From contig CAZHPC010000001.1 of assembly GCA_964534685.1 (NCBI GenBank), positions 23,950 to 87,949 of the forward strand: DNA of 64,000 nt. The letters run 5' to 3'. How positions within the stretch are numbered: position 1 is the first letter of the stretch; every line of letters starts with the position of its first letter. A model generated the notes under the pieces. It was not told the origin of the DNA, ran no database searches, and worked only from the letters and a program-made list of their open reading frames with translations. This DNA is from an uncultured Opitutaceae bacterium (lineage in GTDB: Bacteria; Verrucomicrobiota; Verrucomicrobiia; Opitutales; Opitutaceae). Made by a program: the position numbers and the translations under genes. Shown piece after piece: positions 9,425 to 19,763 of this stretch.

Positions 9425-10861
9425 ATGGCAACCCATCCGCTGAAATGCCGAGGCCCGCTGCTTGCGGTATTCCTCCTTGCCGGGTGTGCGATCGGGCCTG
9501 ATTTCAAGCGTCCCGCCACCCAGGCGCCGCCTTTGTTCCGCGGGCAGGCGGCGGAAGGGGATCGATCGATCGCAGACCTGGCGTGGTGGGACATCTACAA
9601 GGACCCCCGGTTGAAGGACCTGATCCATACCGCCCTTGTTGATGGTTATGACGTCCGAATTGCGGCAGCCCGCGTAGGTCAATCGCGCGCGATTGCGGCC
9701 CAGGTCCACGGGCAGCGGTTCCCGGGTCTGGGCTATGAGGCGAACGCGGACCGCGGTCGCAACGCCGTGCTCGGAAACGCATTCCCCTCCTCCACGGTGT
9801 CCACGACCAACGGATTCGACGGATACCTGGGCGCGGCGTGGGAGCTCGATCTCTGGGGACGGGTCCGCCGACTGGACGAGGCCGCACGCTCGCAGTACCT
9901 CGCGACCGAGCAGGGCCGCCGGGCCGTCCTTCTCAGCCTCGTGAGCGACGTCGCGACGGCCTATTACGAACTGCTCGAGCTCGACGAGGAGCTGGCGATC
10001 GCCAGGAGCGCGACCGAGTCGTTTCGTGAAAGCCTCGAACTGTTCACGAGGCAGCTCGAGGGCGGGGTGGCGTCGCGCCTCGACACCGCGAGCGCCGAGG
10101 CTGCGATGGCGACCAGCGCCGCACGGATTCCCGATCTGGAACGTCAGATCGCCGTCAAGGAGAACCAGATCAGCATCCTGGTGGGCCGCAACCCGGGTCC
10201 CATCGCGCGCGGCGCCGGCTTTTTGGATCAGGCCATGCCGCCCGAGGTGCCTGCGGGGCTGCCCTCCGCGCTGCTCGAGCGCCGCCCCGACGTGCGCGAG
10301 GCCGAGTACGCCGCACAAGCGGCCAACGCCGGCATCGGAGTGACCGTCGGCGGATTCCTTCCGCGCATAGGCCTAAGCGCGGTCCTCGGCTCCGTGAGCT
10401 CTCAGCTCGACCAGATCACCTCGCGCAACGCGGGCCTATGGTCGATCGGAGCCCAGGCGACCGGACCCTTGTTCCAGGGAGGGGGACTCCGCGGACAATA
10501 TGAGCAGGCAAAGGAGGCCTGGGAGGTGGCCAAGCTCCAGTATCAGCAGACGGCCCTGGGCGCCTTTCGCGATGTGGCGGATGCGCTCGCCGCGCGCCAG
10601 AAGCTCGCGGAGGAGCGCGGGCAGCAGGAGCGCGCGGTGGCCGCCTACGGGGAGGCGGTGAAGCTATCGACCCAGCGCTACACCGCAGGGAAGGCCAGCT
10701 ATTTTGAGGTCATCCAGTCGCAGCAGCAGCTTTTCCCCGCCGAATTCGCGCTCGCGCAGACGAGGCGCGACCAATTCACGGTCGTCGTGCAGCTCTACAA
10801 GGCGCTCGGCGGCGGATGGAACGTTCCCGACGGGTCGTGGGCGGAAACTGGTGGCCAATAG
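9425..10861 (+). CDS. efflux transporter outer membrane factor lipoprotein (NodT/OprM family)
   Basis: The ATG at 9425 follows the pump stop at 9422. Lipobox LLAGC followed by GPDFKRP. Typical OMF repeats and the end ...LYKALGGGW. Confidence 0.9.
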   Translation: MATHPLKCRGPLLAVFLLAGCAIGPDFKRPATQAPPLFRGQAAEGDRSIADLAWWDIYKDPRLKDLIHTALVDGYDVRIAAARVGQSRAIAAQVHGQRFPGLGYEANADRGRNAVLGNAFPSSTVSTTNGFDGYLGAAWELDLWGRVRRLDEAARSQYLATEQGRRAVLLSLVSDVATAYYELLELDEELAIARSATESFRESLELFTRQLEGGVASRLDTASAEAAMATSAARIPDLERQIAVKENQISILVGRNPGPIARGAGFLDQAMPPEVPAGLPSALLERRPDVREAEYAAQAANAGIGVTVGGFLPRIGLSAVLGSVSSQLDQITSRNAGLWSIGAQATGPLFQGGGLRGQYEQAKEAWEVAKLQYQQTALGAFRDVADALAARQKLAEERGQQERAVAAYGEAVKLSTQRYTAGKASYFEVIQSQQQLFPAEFALAQTRRDQFTVVVQLYKALGGGWNVPDGSWAETGGQ

Positions 10862-10926
10862 GTGCCCGCTTCGATACACGGACACGTACGCTAGCGCCAT
10901 CGACCCACACACATTCCCGAACCAGG

Positions 10927-10950
10927 CTGCCGGGGCATCGCCCCCGGCAG
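10927..10950 (+). terminator. candidate terminator hairpin downstream of the efflux operon
   Basis: ctgccgggg catcgc ccccggcag: a 9-bp perfect GC-rich stem with a 6-nt loop, 66 nt after the OMF stop. No U-tract follows, so confidence is low. Confidence 0.3.
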
Positions 10951-11030
10951 TCCGGCGGGAATTGCGCAGGCGCGCGCCCCTCCTCCTTTCGGGGGACGCC
11001 TCGTTCGCTCAAAGGGAACATTGAACGCGG

Positions 11031-13232
11031 ATGGACTCCATGCTTGGCTGGACCGTCTTCCTGTCCCGACCGCCGATGAGCACCCACTCTCCATTCGACG
11101 AGATCGCGCTGAAGGCCAAGATAGCCGACCTTTCCAGGCGCCTTGCCGAGGCCGAGGCGGCGTTGAAGGCCACGATGGAGGGATCTCACGCGCAGGCTCC
11201 GGAGTCGGACAGCCAGAGGCAGCTCCTCTTCGAGGCCCAGCAGACCCTCGCGATGGAGCACAACCTCCTGCGCACGGTGATCGACATCATCCCCGACCAT
11301 GTCTTTGTGCGGGACCGCGCGGCACGGCACCTCATCAACAACCGGGCACAGCTCGACGTGCTGCGCGCGAAGACGCTCGAGGAGACGATCGGCAAAACCG
11401 ACTTCGACTTCTACCCGCCCAAGCTGGCGCGCCAGTTCAGCGAGGACAACGAGCGGGTCATGGCTTCGGGACAAACGCTGGCCAACATCGAGGAGATGAT
11501 CCCGGGCCCCCAGGGCGAGCCGAGTTGGTGGTCGACCACCAAAGTGCCCTTGCGCGACCGCGATGGAAACGTGATCGGCCTGGTGGGGATCGGGCGAAAC
11601 ATCACGGAACGCCGGCAGGCCGTTCAGAAGATAACGGAGCTTGCCGAGATGCTCGACCAGGCAAACGAGGCGATTCTCCTTCTCACGCTCGACGGCAAGA
11701 TCAGCTACATGAATGTCGCAGCCGAGCTCTTGCTGGGTTGGAAGGCCAGCGAGGCCATAGGCAAGAAGGGCCACGAGCTCTTTCCTGCGGAGGACCACCC
11801 GATGCTGACCCAGGCCGCGGAGGAGACGCTGGCGAAGGGCTCGTGGCACGGGGAGCTGCGCCTTCATCACAGGAAGGGCCGCGAGGTCTTCGTCGACATA
11901 CGCCGGACGCTCATCCGGGACGAGAACGGCGCCCCGAAGGCCCAGTTCAGCATCAGCGCCGACATCACCGACAAGAAGGAGCGCGATGCCCTGGCCCTGC
12001 GCAACCAGCGCCTCGAGAGCATCGGCACGCTTGCCGGCGGGATTGCCCACGACCTGAACAACGTGCTGGCCCCAATCCTGATGTCGATCGCGCTGCTCAA
12101 GCTCAAGGTGTCCGACGAGGGCGGGCGGAGGCTGCTTGCGACGCTTGAGCTAAACGCCGAGCGCGGCGCACAACTCGTGCGCCAGGTGCTTGCCTTCGGG
12201 CGGGGCGCCGAGGGCGAACAGATGCTCGTCCAGCCCAAGCACATCGCGCGGGAGATCCAGCAGATCGCGTGCGACACCTTCCCGAAGTCCCTGCGGTTCG
12301 AGCTCAAGACGGACCACAATCCCTGGACCCTGACCGGCGACCCCACGCAGCTCCACCAGGTCTTGCTCAACCTCTGCGTCAACGCTCGGGACGCGATGCC
12401 GGACGGGGGGACGATCACGCTGCGCATCGAGAACACCGTCCTTGATGAGACTTACTCCAGCATGAATCCGGAGGCCAAGCCCGGCCCGTACGTCGCCATC
12501 TCGGTAACCGACACGGGAACGGGGATCCCGTCGAACATCCGCGACAGGATATTCGAGCCCTTCTTTACGACCAAAGACATCGGCAAGGGCACGGGCCTCG
12601 GGCTTTCGACGTCCCTCGGGATCGTTCAGAACCACGGCGGCTTCATCACGGTTTCCAGCAACATGGGGAAGGGCAGCACGTTCAAGATCTACATTCCGGC
12701 AAATGCTGCCTCCCCGTCGACAGAGGCCGCGGCGGCAAAACAAACCGAGCTGCCGCACGGTCACGGCGAGCTCATCCTCGTCGTGGACGACGAGGAACCC
12801 ATACTCGAGGTCGCAAAATCCACGCTCGAGCGCTTCGGCTACCGGGCCAAGGTCGCGGTGAACGGCGCCGCGGCGGTGTCCCTCTACGCCCAACATCTAG
12901 GCTCGGTCGCCGTGGTCATCACCGACATTGCGATGCCCATCATGGACGGCCCCGCGCTGGTGGTCGCGCTGAAGGCGATAAACCCCGATGTAAAGATCAT
13001 CGGATCGAGCGGGTTGGAGGAGGGGGGCATATTGGCGGCGGCAAAGGTCGGCGTCCGAGATTTCATACCGAAGCCCTATTCGGCTGAGACCATGCTGAAG
13101 ACTATCGCACGGGTTCTTGGACGCGACCCCTACAAGGGCGGCTCCCTTGCGCCAAGCTCCGCCACGCACACGAGGGTGAAACCCGCTGTGCGGTCGCCGA
13201 AGCGGCCCCGCGGTGGCAGGACGACCCGGTGA
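11031..13232 (+). CDS. hybrid sensor histidine kinase/response regulator with PAS domains
   Basis: N-terminal coiled coil, then PAS-like segments (NITERRQA..., [10 protein letters not shown]). HisKA H-box [14 protein letters not shown]. HATPase N/G boxes ([26 protein letters not shown]). C-terminal receiver [13 protein letters not shown]...[12 protein letters not shown]. An alternative start is at 11076. Confidence 0.9.
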   Translation: MDSMLGWTVFLSRPPMSTHSPFDEIALKAKIADLSRRLAEAEAALKATMEGSHAQAPESDSQRQLLFEAQQTLAMEHNLLRTVIDIIPDHVFVRDRAARHLINNRAQLDVLRAKTLEETIGKTDFDFYPPKLARQFSEDNERVMASGQTLANIEEMIPGPQGEPSWWSTTKVPLRDRDGNVIGLVGIGRNITERRQAVQKITELAEMLDQANEAILLLTLDGKISYMNVAAELLLGWKASEAIGKKGHELFPAEDHPMLTQAAEETLAKGSWHGELRLHHRKGREVFVDIRRTLIRDENGAPKAQFSISADITDKKERDALALRNQRLESIGTLAGGIAHDLNNVLAPILMSIALLKLKVSDEGGRRLLATLELNAERGAQLVRQVLAFGRGAEGEQMLVQPKHIAREIQQIACDTFPKSLRFELKTDHNPWTLTGDPTQLHQVLLNLCVNARDAMPDGGTITLRIENTVLDETYSSMNPEAKPGPYVAISVTDTGTGIPSNIRDRIFEPFFTTKDIGKGTGLGLSTSLGIVQNHGGFITVSSNMGKGSTFKIYIPANAASPSTEAAAAKQTELPHGHGELILVVDDEEPILEVAKSTLERFGYRAKVAVNGAAAVSLYAQHLGSVAVVITDIAMPIMDGPALVVALKAINPDVKIIGSSGLEEGGILAAAKVGVRDFIPKPYSAETMLKTIARVLGRDPYKGGSLAPSSATHTRVKPAVRSPKRPRGGRTTR

Positions 13233-13547
13233 TGCTGCCCTCCTGATGCCGGATTGCCGGAACGAGCGCCGAACGGCTCGCCGGAGAATGCCGAAGCATG
13301 GCCAACGCCCGACCCTCGGCGCACGCAAATCGGCGGCGGAATTGGGCGGAATCCGCCGAAGCCATGTTGCCATGGGAGCGCACTTTCCCTAGCGTCCCCT
13401 CATTCCGCCGCCAGGCTAGGACGCCATCAACCGGATGCCCACCCCACCCTTCAAGCCATAGCCAGCCCCCCCCGCCAAGCCCCGGCAGGTCATCAGCAAG
13501 GAGACCCGCGGCACCTCAGGCGGAAAGGGCTCGATCCTCAAACCATC

Positions 13548-13889
13548 ATGAAATCCACATCGACTCCCCGCCGATACGGCATGGTCCTGCGTGTTAAGCC
13601 TGAACGATTCGAGGAGTACAAGCGCCACCACGCCGCCGTCTGGCCGGGCGTCCTGGCCCGCATCGCAGCGTCCCAGATAAGGAACTATTCCATCTTTCAC
13701 AGGGACGGCTGGCTCTTTTCCTATTTCGAGTACTGGGGTGACGACTTTGAGGCGGATATGAAGGTGATGGCGGCGGACCTGGAGACGCGCCGGTGGTGGG
13801 CCGTCATGGAGCCGATGCAGGACCCGCTGCCGAACCGGGCGCCGGGCGAGTGGTGGGCCCGGATGGAGGAAGTCTTCCACGCCGATTGA
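13548..13889 (+). CDS. rhaM: L-rhamnose mutarotase
   Basis: 113-aa product MKSTSTPRRYGMVLRVKPERFEEYKRHHAAVWPGVLARI...NYSIF..DGWLFSYFEYWG matches the RhaM family in size and motifs. The ORF-track extension back to 13254 is Pro/Arg-rich and unlikely to be coding. Confidence 0.85.
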   Translation: MKSTSTPRRYGMVLRVKPERFEEYKRHHAAVWPGVLARIAASQIRNYSIFHRDGWLFSYFEYWGDDFEADMKVMAADLETRRWWAVMEPMQDPLPNRAPGEWWARMEEVFHAD

Positions 13890-13891
13890 AG

Positions 13892-14749
13892 ATGGGTCCG
13901 GTATTCACGGATTCCCACGTCCACTTCTGGGACCCGTCGCTGCGACGCTATCCCTGGCTTGCGGCCGTTCCCGGAATTGCCGGGGCCCACATCCCAGCGG
14001 ACCTCATGCGGGAGGCGGCCGATGCGCCCCCGTCCCGGATCGTGTTTGTGCAGGCCGATTGCGAGCGTGGCTCCGCAATGGACGAGGTGAGATGGGTTGA
14101 GTCGCTCGCGAGGCAGGCGCCGCAGATCGCGGGCGTCGTCGCATTCGCGCCCATGGACGCTGGGCCCGGGACGTCCTCGGCCCTGGAGGCCCTCGTGGAG
14201 AGGCCTCTTGTGCGCGGGGTGCGCCACTTGATACAGGGGGAGCCCGACCCGGGCTTCTGCCTGACCCCGGCGTTTGTCGAAGGCGTCCGCAGGTGCGGCG
14301 AGCTTGGCCTCTCCTTTGACGTCTGCGTGCGCCACCCCCAGATGTCGGCCGTCGTTGAACTCGCCAGGCTTTGCCCGGAAACCCCCCTCGTTCTCGACCA
14401 CGCGGGCAAGCCCGACCTGCGCTCGAACGTTCTCGACCCGTGGCGCAGGCACATCGGCGAGCTCGCCGAGTGCCCCAATGTCTCGTGCAAGGTGTCGGGG
14501 CTCGTCACGGAAGCGGGAACCGCGGCGCTTGATCCCGAGCGGTTCGTCCCCACTATCAGCCACCTTCTCGAAACCTTCGGGCCCTCGCGCCTTCTTTTCG
14601 GAAGCGACTGGCCCGTGGTCAAACTAGCTTCCCCCTACCCAACCTGGCTCCAGATGGCCCGCGTACTGCTAGCGCACCTTTCCGCTGCCGACCAAGCCGC
14701 CGTCTTCAGCGGCAATGCAGCGAGGGTGTACCGTCTCGCCCAATCCTGA
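13892..14749 (+). CDS. amidohydrolase-2 family protein, sugar-lactonase-like (L-fucono/L-rhamnono-lactonase type)
   Basis: The start MGPVFTDSHVHFWDP carries the HxH metal motif of amidohydrolase_2 lactonases. It ends ...LFGSDWPV. The ATG at 13892 lies 3 nt after the rhaM stop. Confidence 0.75.
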   Translation: MGPVFTDSHVHFWDPSLRRYPWLAAVPGIAGAHIPADLMREAADAPPSRIVFVQADCERGSAMDEVRWVESLARQAPQIAGVVAFAPMDAGPGTSSALEALVERPLVRGVRHLIQGEPDPGFCLTPAFVEGVRRCGELGLSFDVCVRHPQMSAVVELARLCPETPLVLDHAGKPDLRSNVLDPWRRHIGELAECPNVSCKVSGLVTEAGTAALDPERFVPTISHLLETFGPSRLLFGSDWPVVKLASPYPTWLQMARVLLAHLSAADQAAVFSGNAARVYRLAQS

Positions 14750-14911
14750 TTGATCGGCACCTCCCAACCATGCCCAGGCACGATGGTAAGAACCCATTCA
14801 TGGCCGCAGCCGGCTTGACCCTGAAGCCCGAGATCCCATGGGCGTTCAAGCCCCCGGAGGGAAAAGTCTGGAAAAATTCAAAGGCCGCGACCCCAATCCA
14901 CGTTCAATAAG

Positions 14912-15886
14912 ATGCGAACACCCCTCATCATCGCCCTGGCCTTTGCGTCCCTGCCCGCCTCGTCGCGGTCCGCCGAGTTCCAGATAGCAGTCATACCCAA
15001 GGGGACGACCCACGAGTACTGGCGGTCCGTTCAGGCGGGCGCCGTGAAGGCCCAGAGGGACCTCAAGGCTGCCGGCGCCGACGTCGCGATCATGTGGAAG
15101 GGCCCGCTCGTCGAGGACGACCGCGAGCAGCAGATCCAGGTCGTGGAGAACTTCATAGGGAGGAACGTGTCCGCCATCGTACTTGCGCCCCTCGATAGCA
15201 GGGCACTCGTCGCCCCCGTAGAGGAGGCCGTCAAGGCCGGCATTCCCGTCGTCGTCATCGACTCCGCCCTCAACTCGAGCATGCCGGCAAGCTTCGTCGC
15301 CACCGACAACCGCAAGGGGGGCCAGATCGGCGCCCGCCGGCTCGGAAGCCTCTTAGGCGGGAAGGGCCGCGTCGTCATGCTCCGGTACGAAGTCGGCTCG
15401 GCGAGCACCGAGGAGCGCGAGGCGGGATTCATGGAGGTGATGAAGGCCGAATTCCCTGGCATTGAGCTCATATCCACGGACCAGTATGGCGGCGCCACGC
15501 AGGAGACGGCTTTCAAGGCGGCCCAGAACCTCCTCAATCGCTTCGGGACGAGGATGGACGGGATATTCGCGCCAAACGAGTCGACCGCGGGTGGCGCGCT
15601 TCTCGCGCTGCGCGAACAGGGATTGGCCGGGAAGGTCCGGTTCGTCGGATTCGACGCCAATGAGCAGCTGGTCGCCGGGCTCAAGCAAGGTGACATCCAG
15701 GGCCTCGTCGTCCAGGACCCGGTGAAGATGGGCTATCTCGGGGTCATGACGGCGGTAGCCCTCCTGCGCCACGAGAAGGTGGAGCGCCTAATCGACACGG
15801 GCGTGGGCCTTGTCACCCTTGAGAACATGGATGATCCAAGGATCTCGGCCCTCATCCATCCGCCGCTCGCGGAGTACCTGAAGTGA
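14912..15886 (+). CDS. sugar ABC transporter substrate-binding protein (RbsB-like periplasmic binding protein)
   Basis: Signal peptide, then IAVIPKGTTHEYWRSVQAGA... and the two-lobe PBP type I pattern. Followed by ABC ATPase and permease genes. Confidence 0.85.
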   Translation: MRTPLIIALAFASLPASSRSAEFQIAVIPKGTTHEYWRSVQAGAVKAQRDLKAAGADVAIMWKGPLVEDDREQQIQVVENFIGRNVSAIVLAPLDSRALVAPVEEAVKAGIPVVVIDSALNSSMPASFVATDNRKGGQIGARRLGSLLGGKGRVVMLRYEVGSASTEEREAGFMEVMKAEFPGIELISTDQYGGATQETAFKAAQNLLNRFGTRMDGIFAPNESTAGGALLALREQGLAGKVRFVGFDANEQLVAGLKQGDIQGLVVQDPVKMGYLGVMTAVALLRHEKVERLIDTGVGLVTLENMDDPRISALIHPPLAEYLK

Positions 15887-17376
15887 TGCCAAACCCGCGG
15901 CTGAGACTGGCCGGGATAAGCAAGGCGTTTGGCGCGACCCATGCGCTGAAGTCGGTCTCTCTCGAAGTGGCCGCGGGCGAGGTGCACGCGCTCATTGGCG
16001 AGAATGGCGCCGGGAAGAGCACTCTGCTGAAGATCCTCAGCGGAGCGCATGTGGCCGACGCCGGCGAAATGGAGCTCGACGGGCGGCCCTACAGGCCCGT
16101 GGGCCCGCTTGACGCCCGCGACCGCGGCGTCGCCATGATCTACCAGGAGGTCAACCTCGCGCCACACCTCTCCGTCCGCGAGAACATCCTGCTCGGCTCG
16201 GAATCCTCATCCCTGGGATGGATTGATACGAAGGCGTCGAGGAGCCGCGCCCAGGATGCCCTTGCAGGCCTCGGTTACGGCCATTTTCCCCTTGAGAGGG
16301 CGGCGGGGGAATTCTCGATTGCGGAGCAGCAGGTGATCGAAATCGCCCGCGCGCTCCTTCTGCAGCCGCGAGTCCTCATCATGGACGAGCCCACGAGCAG
16401 CCTCACAAAGTCCGACACCGAGAGGCTCTTCACCGTCATCGGGCGCCTCCGCGAGCAGGGCGCGACGATCATATACGTCAGCCACTTCCTCGAAGAGTGC
16501 CGCCGGATATGCGACCGGTATACCGTGCTGAAGGACGGGGAGACCGTTGGCTCCGGTGCCATTGCGGAGACGGGGGTCGAGAAGCTCGTCACGCTCATGA
16601 CGGGGCGGCCGGTCGCCGACCTGTATCCCAGGATCGCCCGAACGATGGGCCCCGCGGTCCTTGAGACGAGTTCACTCGAACGCCGGCCGCGTCTTTCGCC
16701 GGCATCCATCCGGGTGCGCGAGGGCGAGATATTCGGCCTGGCCGGGCTGATAGGCGCCGGACGCACCGACCTCCTGAGGGCAATCTTCGGGCTGGACGCG
16801 GCGGATGGCGGAAGCGTCGCGGTGCTTGGCCGGCCGGCCGGAAGGGCAACCCCTCGCAGGCGCTGGGGCCAGGGGCTGGGCTTCCTCAGCGAGAACAGGA
16901 AGGAGGAGGGCCTGATGTTGAACCAGCCGATACGCGACAACATCACCCTCACGAAGCTCGAGGCCTTCGGGCGCCTTGGATGGGTTAGCGCCGGACGCCA
17001 ATCCGCGGCGTCTGCGCGCTGGATGGACGAACTCGCGGTCAAATGCCGCGATGCCGACCAGAACGTAGGTGAGCTCTCCGGCGGAAACCAGCAGAAGGTG
17101 GCGCTCGCAAGGCTCCTTGAGCATCCCGCGAGGATTCTGCTTCTCGACGAGCCGACCCGCGGGATCGACGTGGGGAGCAAGGCTCAGATCTACGAGATCA
17201 TAGGCCGGCTCGCGGCCGCGGGGAAGTCGGTCATCGTTGTCAGCTCGTACCTTCCCGAACTCCTCGGCCTGTGCGACACAATCGGCGTGATGCGCCGAAG
17301 CGAGCTTGTCGCCGTGCGGCCAAGGAGCGAATGGACCGAGCATGAGCTCCTCCGGTTCGCCGTTGGGAAGGACTGA
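15886..17376 (+). CDS. sugar ABC transporter ATP-binding protein (two fused ABC domains, RbsA-like)
   Basis: Walker A GENGAGKST, signature LSGGNQQKV and Walker B LLLDEPTRGID, with a degenerate second set. The ATG at 15886 overlaps the upstream TGA (TGATG). A GTG at 15883 is also possible. Confidence 0.95.
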   Translation: MPNPRLRLAGISKAFGATHALKSVSLEVAAGEVHALIGENGAGKSTLLKILSGAHVADAGEMELDGRPYRPVGPLDARDRGVAMIYQEVNLAPHLSVRENILLGSESSSLGWIDTKASRSRAQDALAGLGYGHFPLERAAGEFSIAEQQVIEIARALLLQPRVLIMDEPTSSLTKSDTERLFTVIGRLREQGATIIYVSHFLEECRRICDRYTVLKDGETVGSGAIAETGVEKLVTLMTGRPVADLYPRIARTMGPAVLETSSLERRPRLSPASIRVREGEIFGLAGLIGAGRTDLLRAIFGLDAADGGSVAVLGRPAGRATPRRRWGQGLGFLSENRKEEGLMLNQPIRDNITLTKLEAFGRLGWVSAGRQSAASARWMDELAVKCRDADQNVGELSGGNQQKVALARLLEHPARILLLDEPTRGIDVGSKAQIYEIIGRLAAAGKSVIVVSSYLPELLGLCDTIGVMRRSELVAVRPRSEWTEHELLRFAVGKD

Positions 17377-17382
17377 GCCGCG

Positions 17383-18339
17383 ATGTCCACCCTTCGCCGC
17401 ATACTTTCGAAGGCCGGGCCCTTTATCGGGCTCATCCTTGTCGTCGGACTCTTTGCGGCCCCCGCGGAGACGCGCGCGTACTTCCTCACCTATCACAACT
17501 TCAAGATCATCTTCACGCAGACCGTCATCGTCTCGATCGGGGCGCTGGGAATGACGCTCATCATCGTGAGCGGAGCGATCGACCTGTCGGTTGGCTCGAC
17601 CGTGGCGCTCACCGGCGTGATCGCGGCCCTTATGATCCAGAGGGGATGGGGCGCCGCGGCGACGACCATGGCCGCGATAGGCTTTGGCGGGCTTGTCGGG
17701 CTTTTGAACGGCACGGCCGTTGCATGGCTGAGGATGCCGTCCTTCATCATCACGCTCGGCATGCTCGGCATCGGGCGCGGCACGGCCAAATGGCTGGCCT
17801 CCAACCAGACCGTGAATTACGACTCTTCGCCGATCGACAGCTGGATGACGACCCCGAATCCGTCGGGATACGCCCTGCCTGCCGGCGTCTGGGTGGCCAT
17901 CACGCTCGCGATTCTCACGGCCCTCGTGCTCAAGAGGACGGTCTTCGGGCGCCATGTCTTCGCCCTCGGCTCGAACGAGGCCGCCGCGCGCCTCTGCGGC
18001 GTTCCGACGGTGCGCCTGCAGATCATGGTCTTCGCCCTCGCCGGTTGCTTCTTCGGCCTGTCCGGGCTGTTCCAGCTCTCAAGGCTTCGCCTCGGGGACC
18101 CGACCGTCGCCATCGGGCTCGAGCTCGACGTCATCGCCGCGGTCATCATCGGCGGCGCGAGCCTCAACGGCGGCTCCGGCACGGTCCTCGGCTCGATCAT
18201 CGGCGCGCTCATAATGTCGGTGCTGCGCAACGGCTCGCAGCAGATGGGCTGGCCCAACTATTTTCAGGAGATCATCATCGGGCTCGTGATCATCGTCGCG
18301 GTGTTCCTCGACCGGTTCCGGCGGGGCGCGCGGACGTGA
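17383..18339 (+). CDS. sugar ABC transporter permease (RbsC-like)
   Basis: Multi-TM protein with the conserved ...AVIIGGASLNGGSGTVLGSIIGALIM... motif of the BPD_transp_2 family. Confidence 0.9.
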   Translation: MSTLRRILSKAGPFIGLILVVGLFAAPAETRAYFLTYHNFKIIFTQTVIVSIGALGMTLIIVSGAIDLSVGSTVALTGVIAALMIQRGWGAAATTMAAIGFGGLVGLLNGTAVAWLRMPSFIITLGMLGIGRGTAKWLASNQTVNYDSSPIDSWMTTPNPSGYALPAGVWVAITLAILTALVLKRTVFGRHVFALGSNEAAARLCGVPTVRLQIMVFALAGCFFGLSGLFQLSRLRLGDPTVAIGLELDVIAAVIIGGASLNGGSGTVLGSIIGALIMSVLRNGSQQMGWPNYFQEIIIGLVIIVAVFLDRFRRGART

Positions 18340-18357
18340 GACGCCCACCGTCCTGCG

Positions 18358-19059
18358 ATGACCCAAGAGCGCTGCATAGGCTTCGACGCGGACGACACGC
18401 TCTGGCACAACGAGAACATCTTCGAGAGGGTTCACGAGCGCTACTACACGCTCCTCGCCAGGCACCATGACGCGGCGACGGTCGAGCGGGCACTGTTTGC
18501 GACCGAGATGCGCAACCTCGAGCTCTACGGCTACGGAATCAAGGGGTTCATGCTCTCGTCCATCGAGACGGCGATCGAGCTGACCAAGGGCAAGATCAGC
18601 ACCGGCGAGGTGCGCGAGATCCTGGCGCTCGGCCGCGAGATGCTCAATCATCCGGTCGAGCTTCTGGACGGCGCGCGCGAGGCGCTTGAGATCCTGGCGC
18701 CCCGATACCGCCTCGTCTTGATCACGAAGGGCGACTTGAGGGACCAGGAGCGGAAGCTGGCGAAGTCGGGAATCGCGGCCTTCTTCAACGTCATCGAGAT
18801 CGTCTCGGAGAAGGACTCCCGTACGTACGAGAGGATCTTCCAGCGCCATGGAATCGACCCCGCGAGGTTCCTCATGGTCGGCAATTCGGTGAAGTCGGAC
18901 ATCCTGCCCGTCCTCGCCCTCGGCGGGTCCGGGGTCCACGTTCCATACCGGATCACCTGGGGCCACGAGCGGGCCGAGACGCCGCCCGCCAGTGACGGTC
19001 GGTTCTTCACGGCCGCCACGCTCCGGGAACTGCCCGGGATCATCGAGCGCTGGCGATAG
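18358..19059 (+). CDS. HAD family hydrolase
   Basis: Motif I FDADDTLW, motif II LITKG and motif IV MVGNSVKSD. Confidence 0.8.
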   Translation: MTQERCIGFDADDTLWHNENIFERVHERYYTLLARHHDAATVERALFATEMRNLELYGYGIKGFMLSSIETAIELTKGKISTGEVREILALGREMLNHPVELLDGAREALEILAPRYRLVLITKGDLRDQERKLAKSGIAAFFNVIEIVSEKDSRTYERIFQRHGIDPARFLMVGNSVKSDILPVLALGGSGVHVPYRITWGHERAETPPASDGRFFTAATLRELPGIIERWR

Positions 19060-19217
19060 GCGCATTGGCCGCGGCAACCGTGCGTCGCGATGACTCGCGC
19101 ACGATTTCCGACCACGAGCCCGCCAAATCGGCGGTCCCCGGGAACGCACATTGGTGCGGAGCGTCGGCCCCGAAGCGCCGGGTTGCGAAACCGCCCATTT
19201 TGCGCCCCAATGCGGGC

Positions 19218-19667
19218 ATGCCCACCCTCTACGAAACGCTGCGCGCCGACATCGTGACCGCAATGAAGGCCCGCGACACGGCGACCGCCACGGCGCTCCG
19301 CACCGCGGACGCGGCCATCCAGCGCGCCTCAATGGATCTCTCCAAGCCGATTGACGACGCCCTTGTTGTCGCAACCGTCCGCAAGGGCGTCAAGAACCTC
19401 GCCGACGCAAAGGTCGAGTTCGAAAAGGGGGGCAGGACGGACCTGGTCGCGGCCAACGAGGCCGAGATCCGCCTCCTCGAGAAATACCTTCCCAAGGGGA
19501 TCGAGGGGGCACAGCTCGAGGCGCTGATTGCCGAGGCCGTCATGGAGTCCGGGGCGCAGTCGCGCAGGGACATGGGAAAGGTGATGGCGGCCCTCAAGAA
19601 GAGGCCGGAGGCGGCGCTCATCGATTTTTCTGCGGCGAGCAAACTGATCCAGGCCAAGCTTCCCTGA
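19218..19667 (+). CDS. GatB/YqeY domain-containing protein
   Basis: 149-aa product MPTLYETLRADIVTAMKARD...LLEKYLP...DMGKVMAALKK matches the YqeY family pattern. The upstream part of the track ORF (19065-19217) is not family-like. Confidence 0.8.
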   Translation: MPTLYETLRADIVTAMKARDTATATALRTADAAIQRASMDLSKPIDDALVVATVRKGVKNLADAKVEFEKGGRTDLVAANEAEIRLLEKYLPKGIEGAQLEALIAEAVMESGAQSRRDMGKVMAALKKRPEAALIDFSAASKLIQAKLP

Positions 19668-19763
19668 AAGGGAAGCCGGGACTGGACTTGGAAGTCGCCG
19701 GCGCTAAAGTTGATGTCCCCACGGTCCCTCAGCGGATCCGATTTCATTCAAACCCCACCCTAG

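Noticed and set aside
10776-12050. 424-aa minus-strand ORF and the 11021-12148 alternative-frame ORF overlapping the histidine kinase
   Set aside because: The 11031-13232 frame carries the complete PAS/HisKA/HATPase/REC motif set. The others are shadow ORFs.
13254-13547. N-terminal extension of the rhaM ORF, and similar track extensions at 6201, 9323, 24704, 25665, 26773, 30222, 59240 and 60795
   Set aside because: The extensions overlap upstream genes or encode Pro/Arg-rich sequence. Family-typical N-termini or signal peptides begin at the internal starts used in the feature list.
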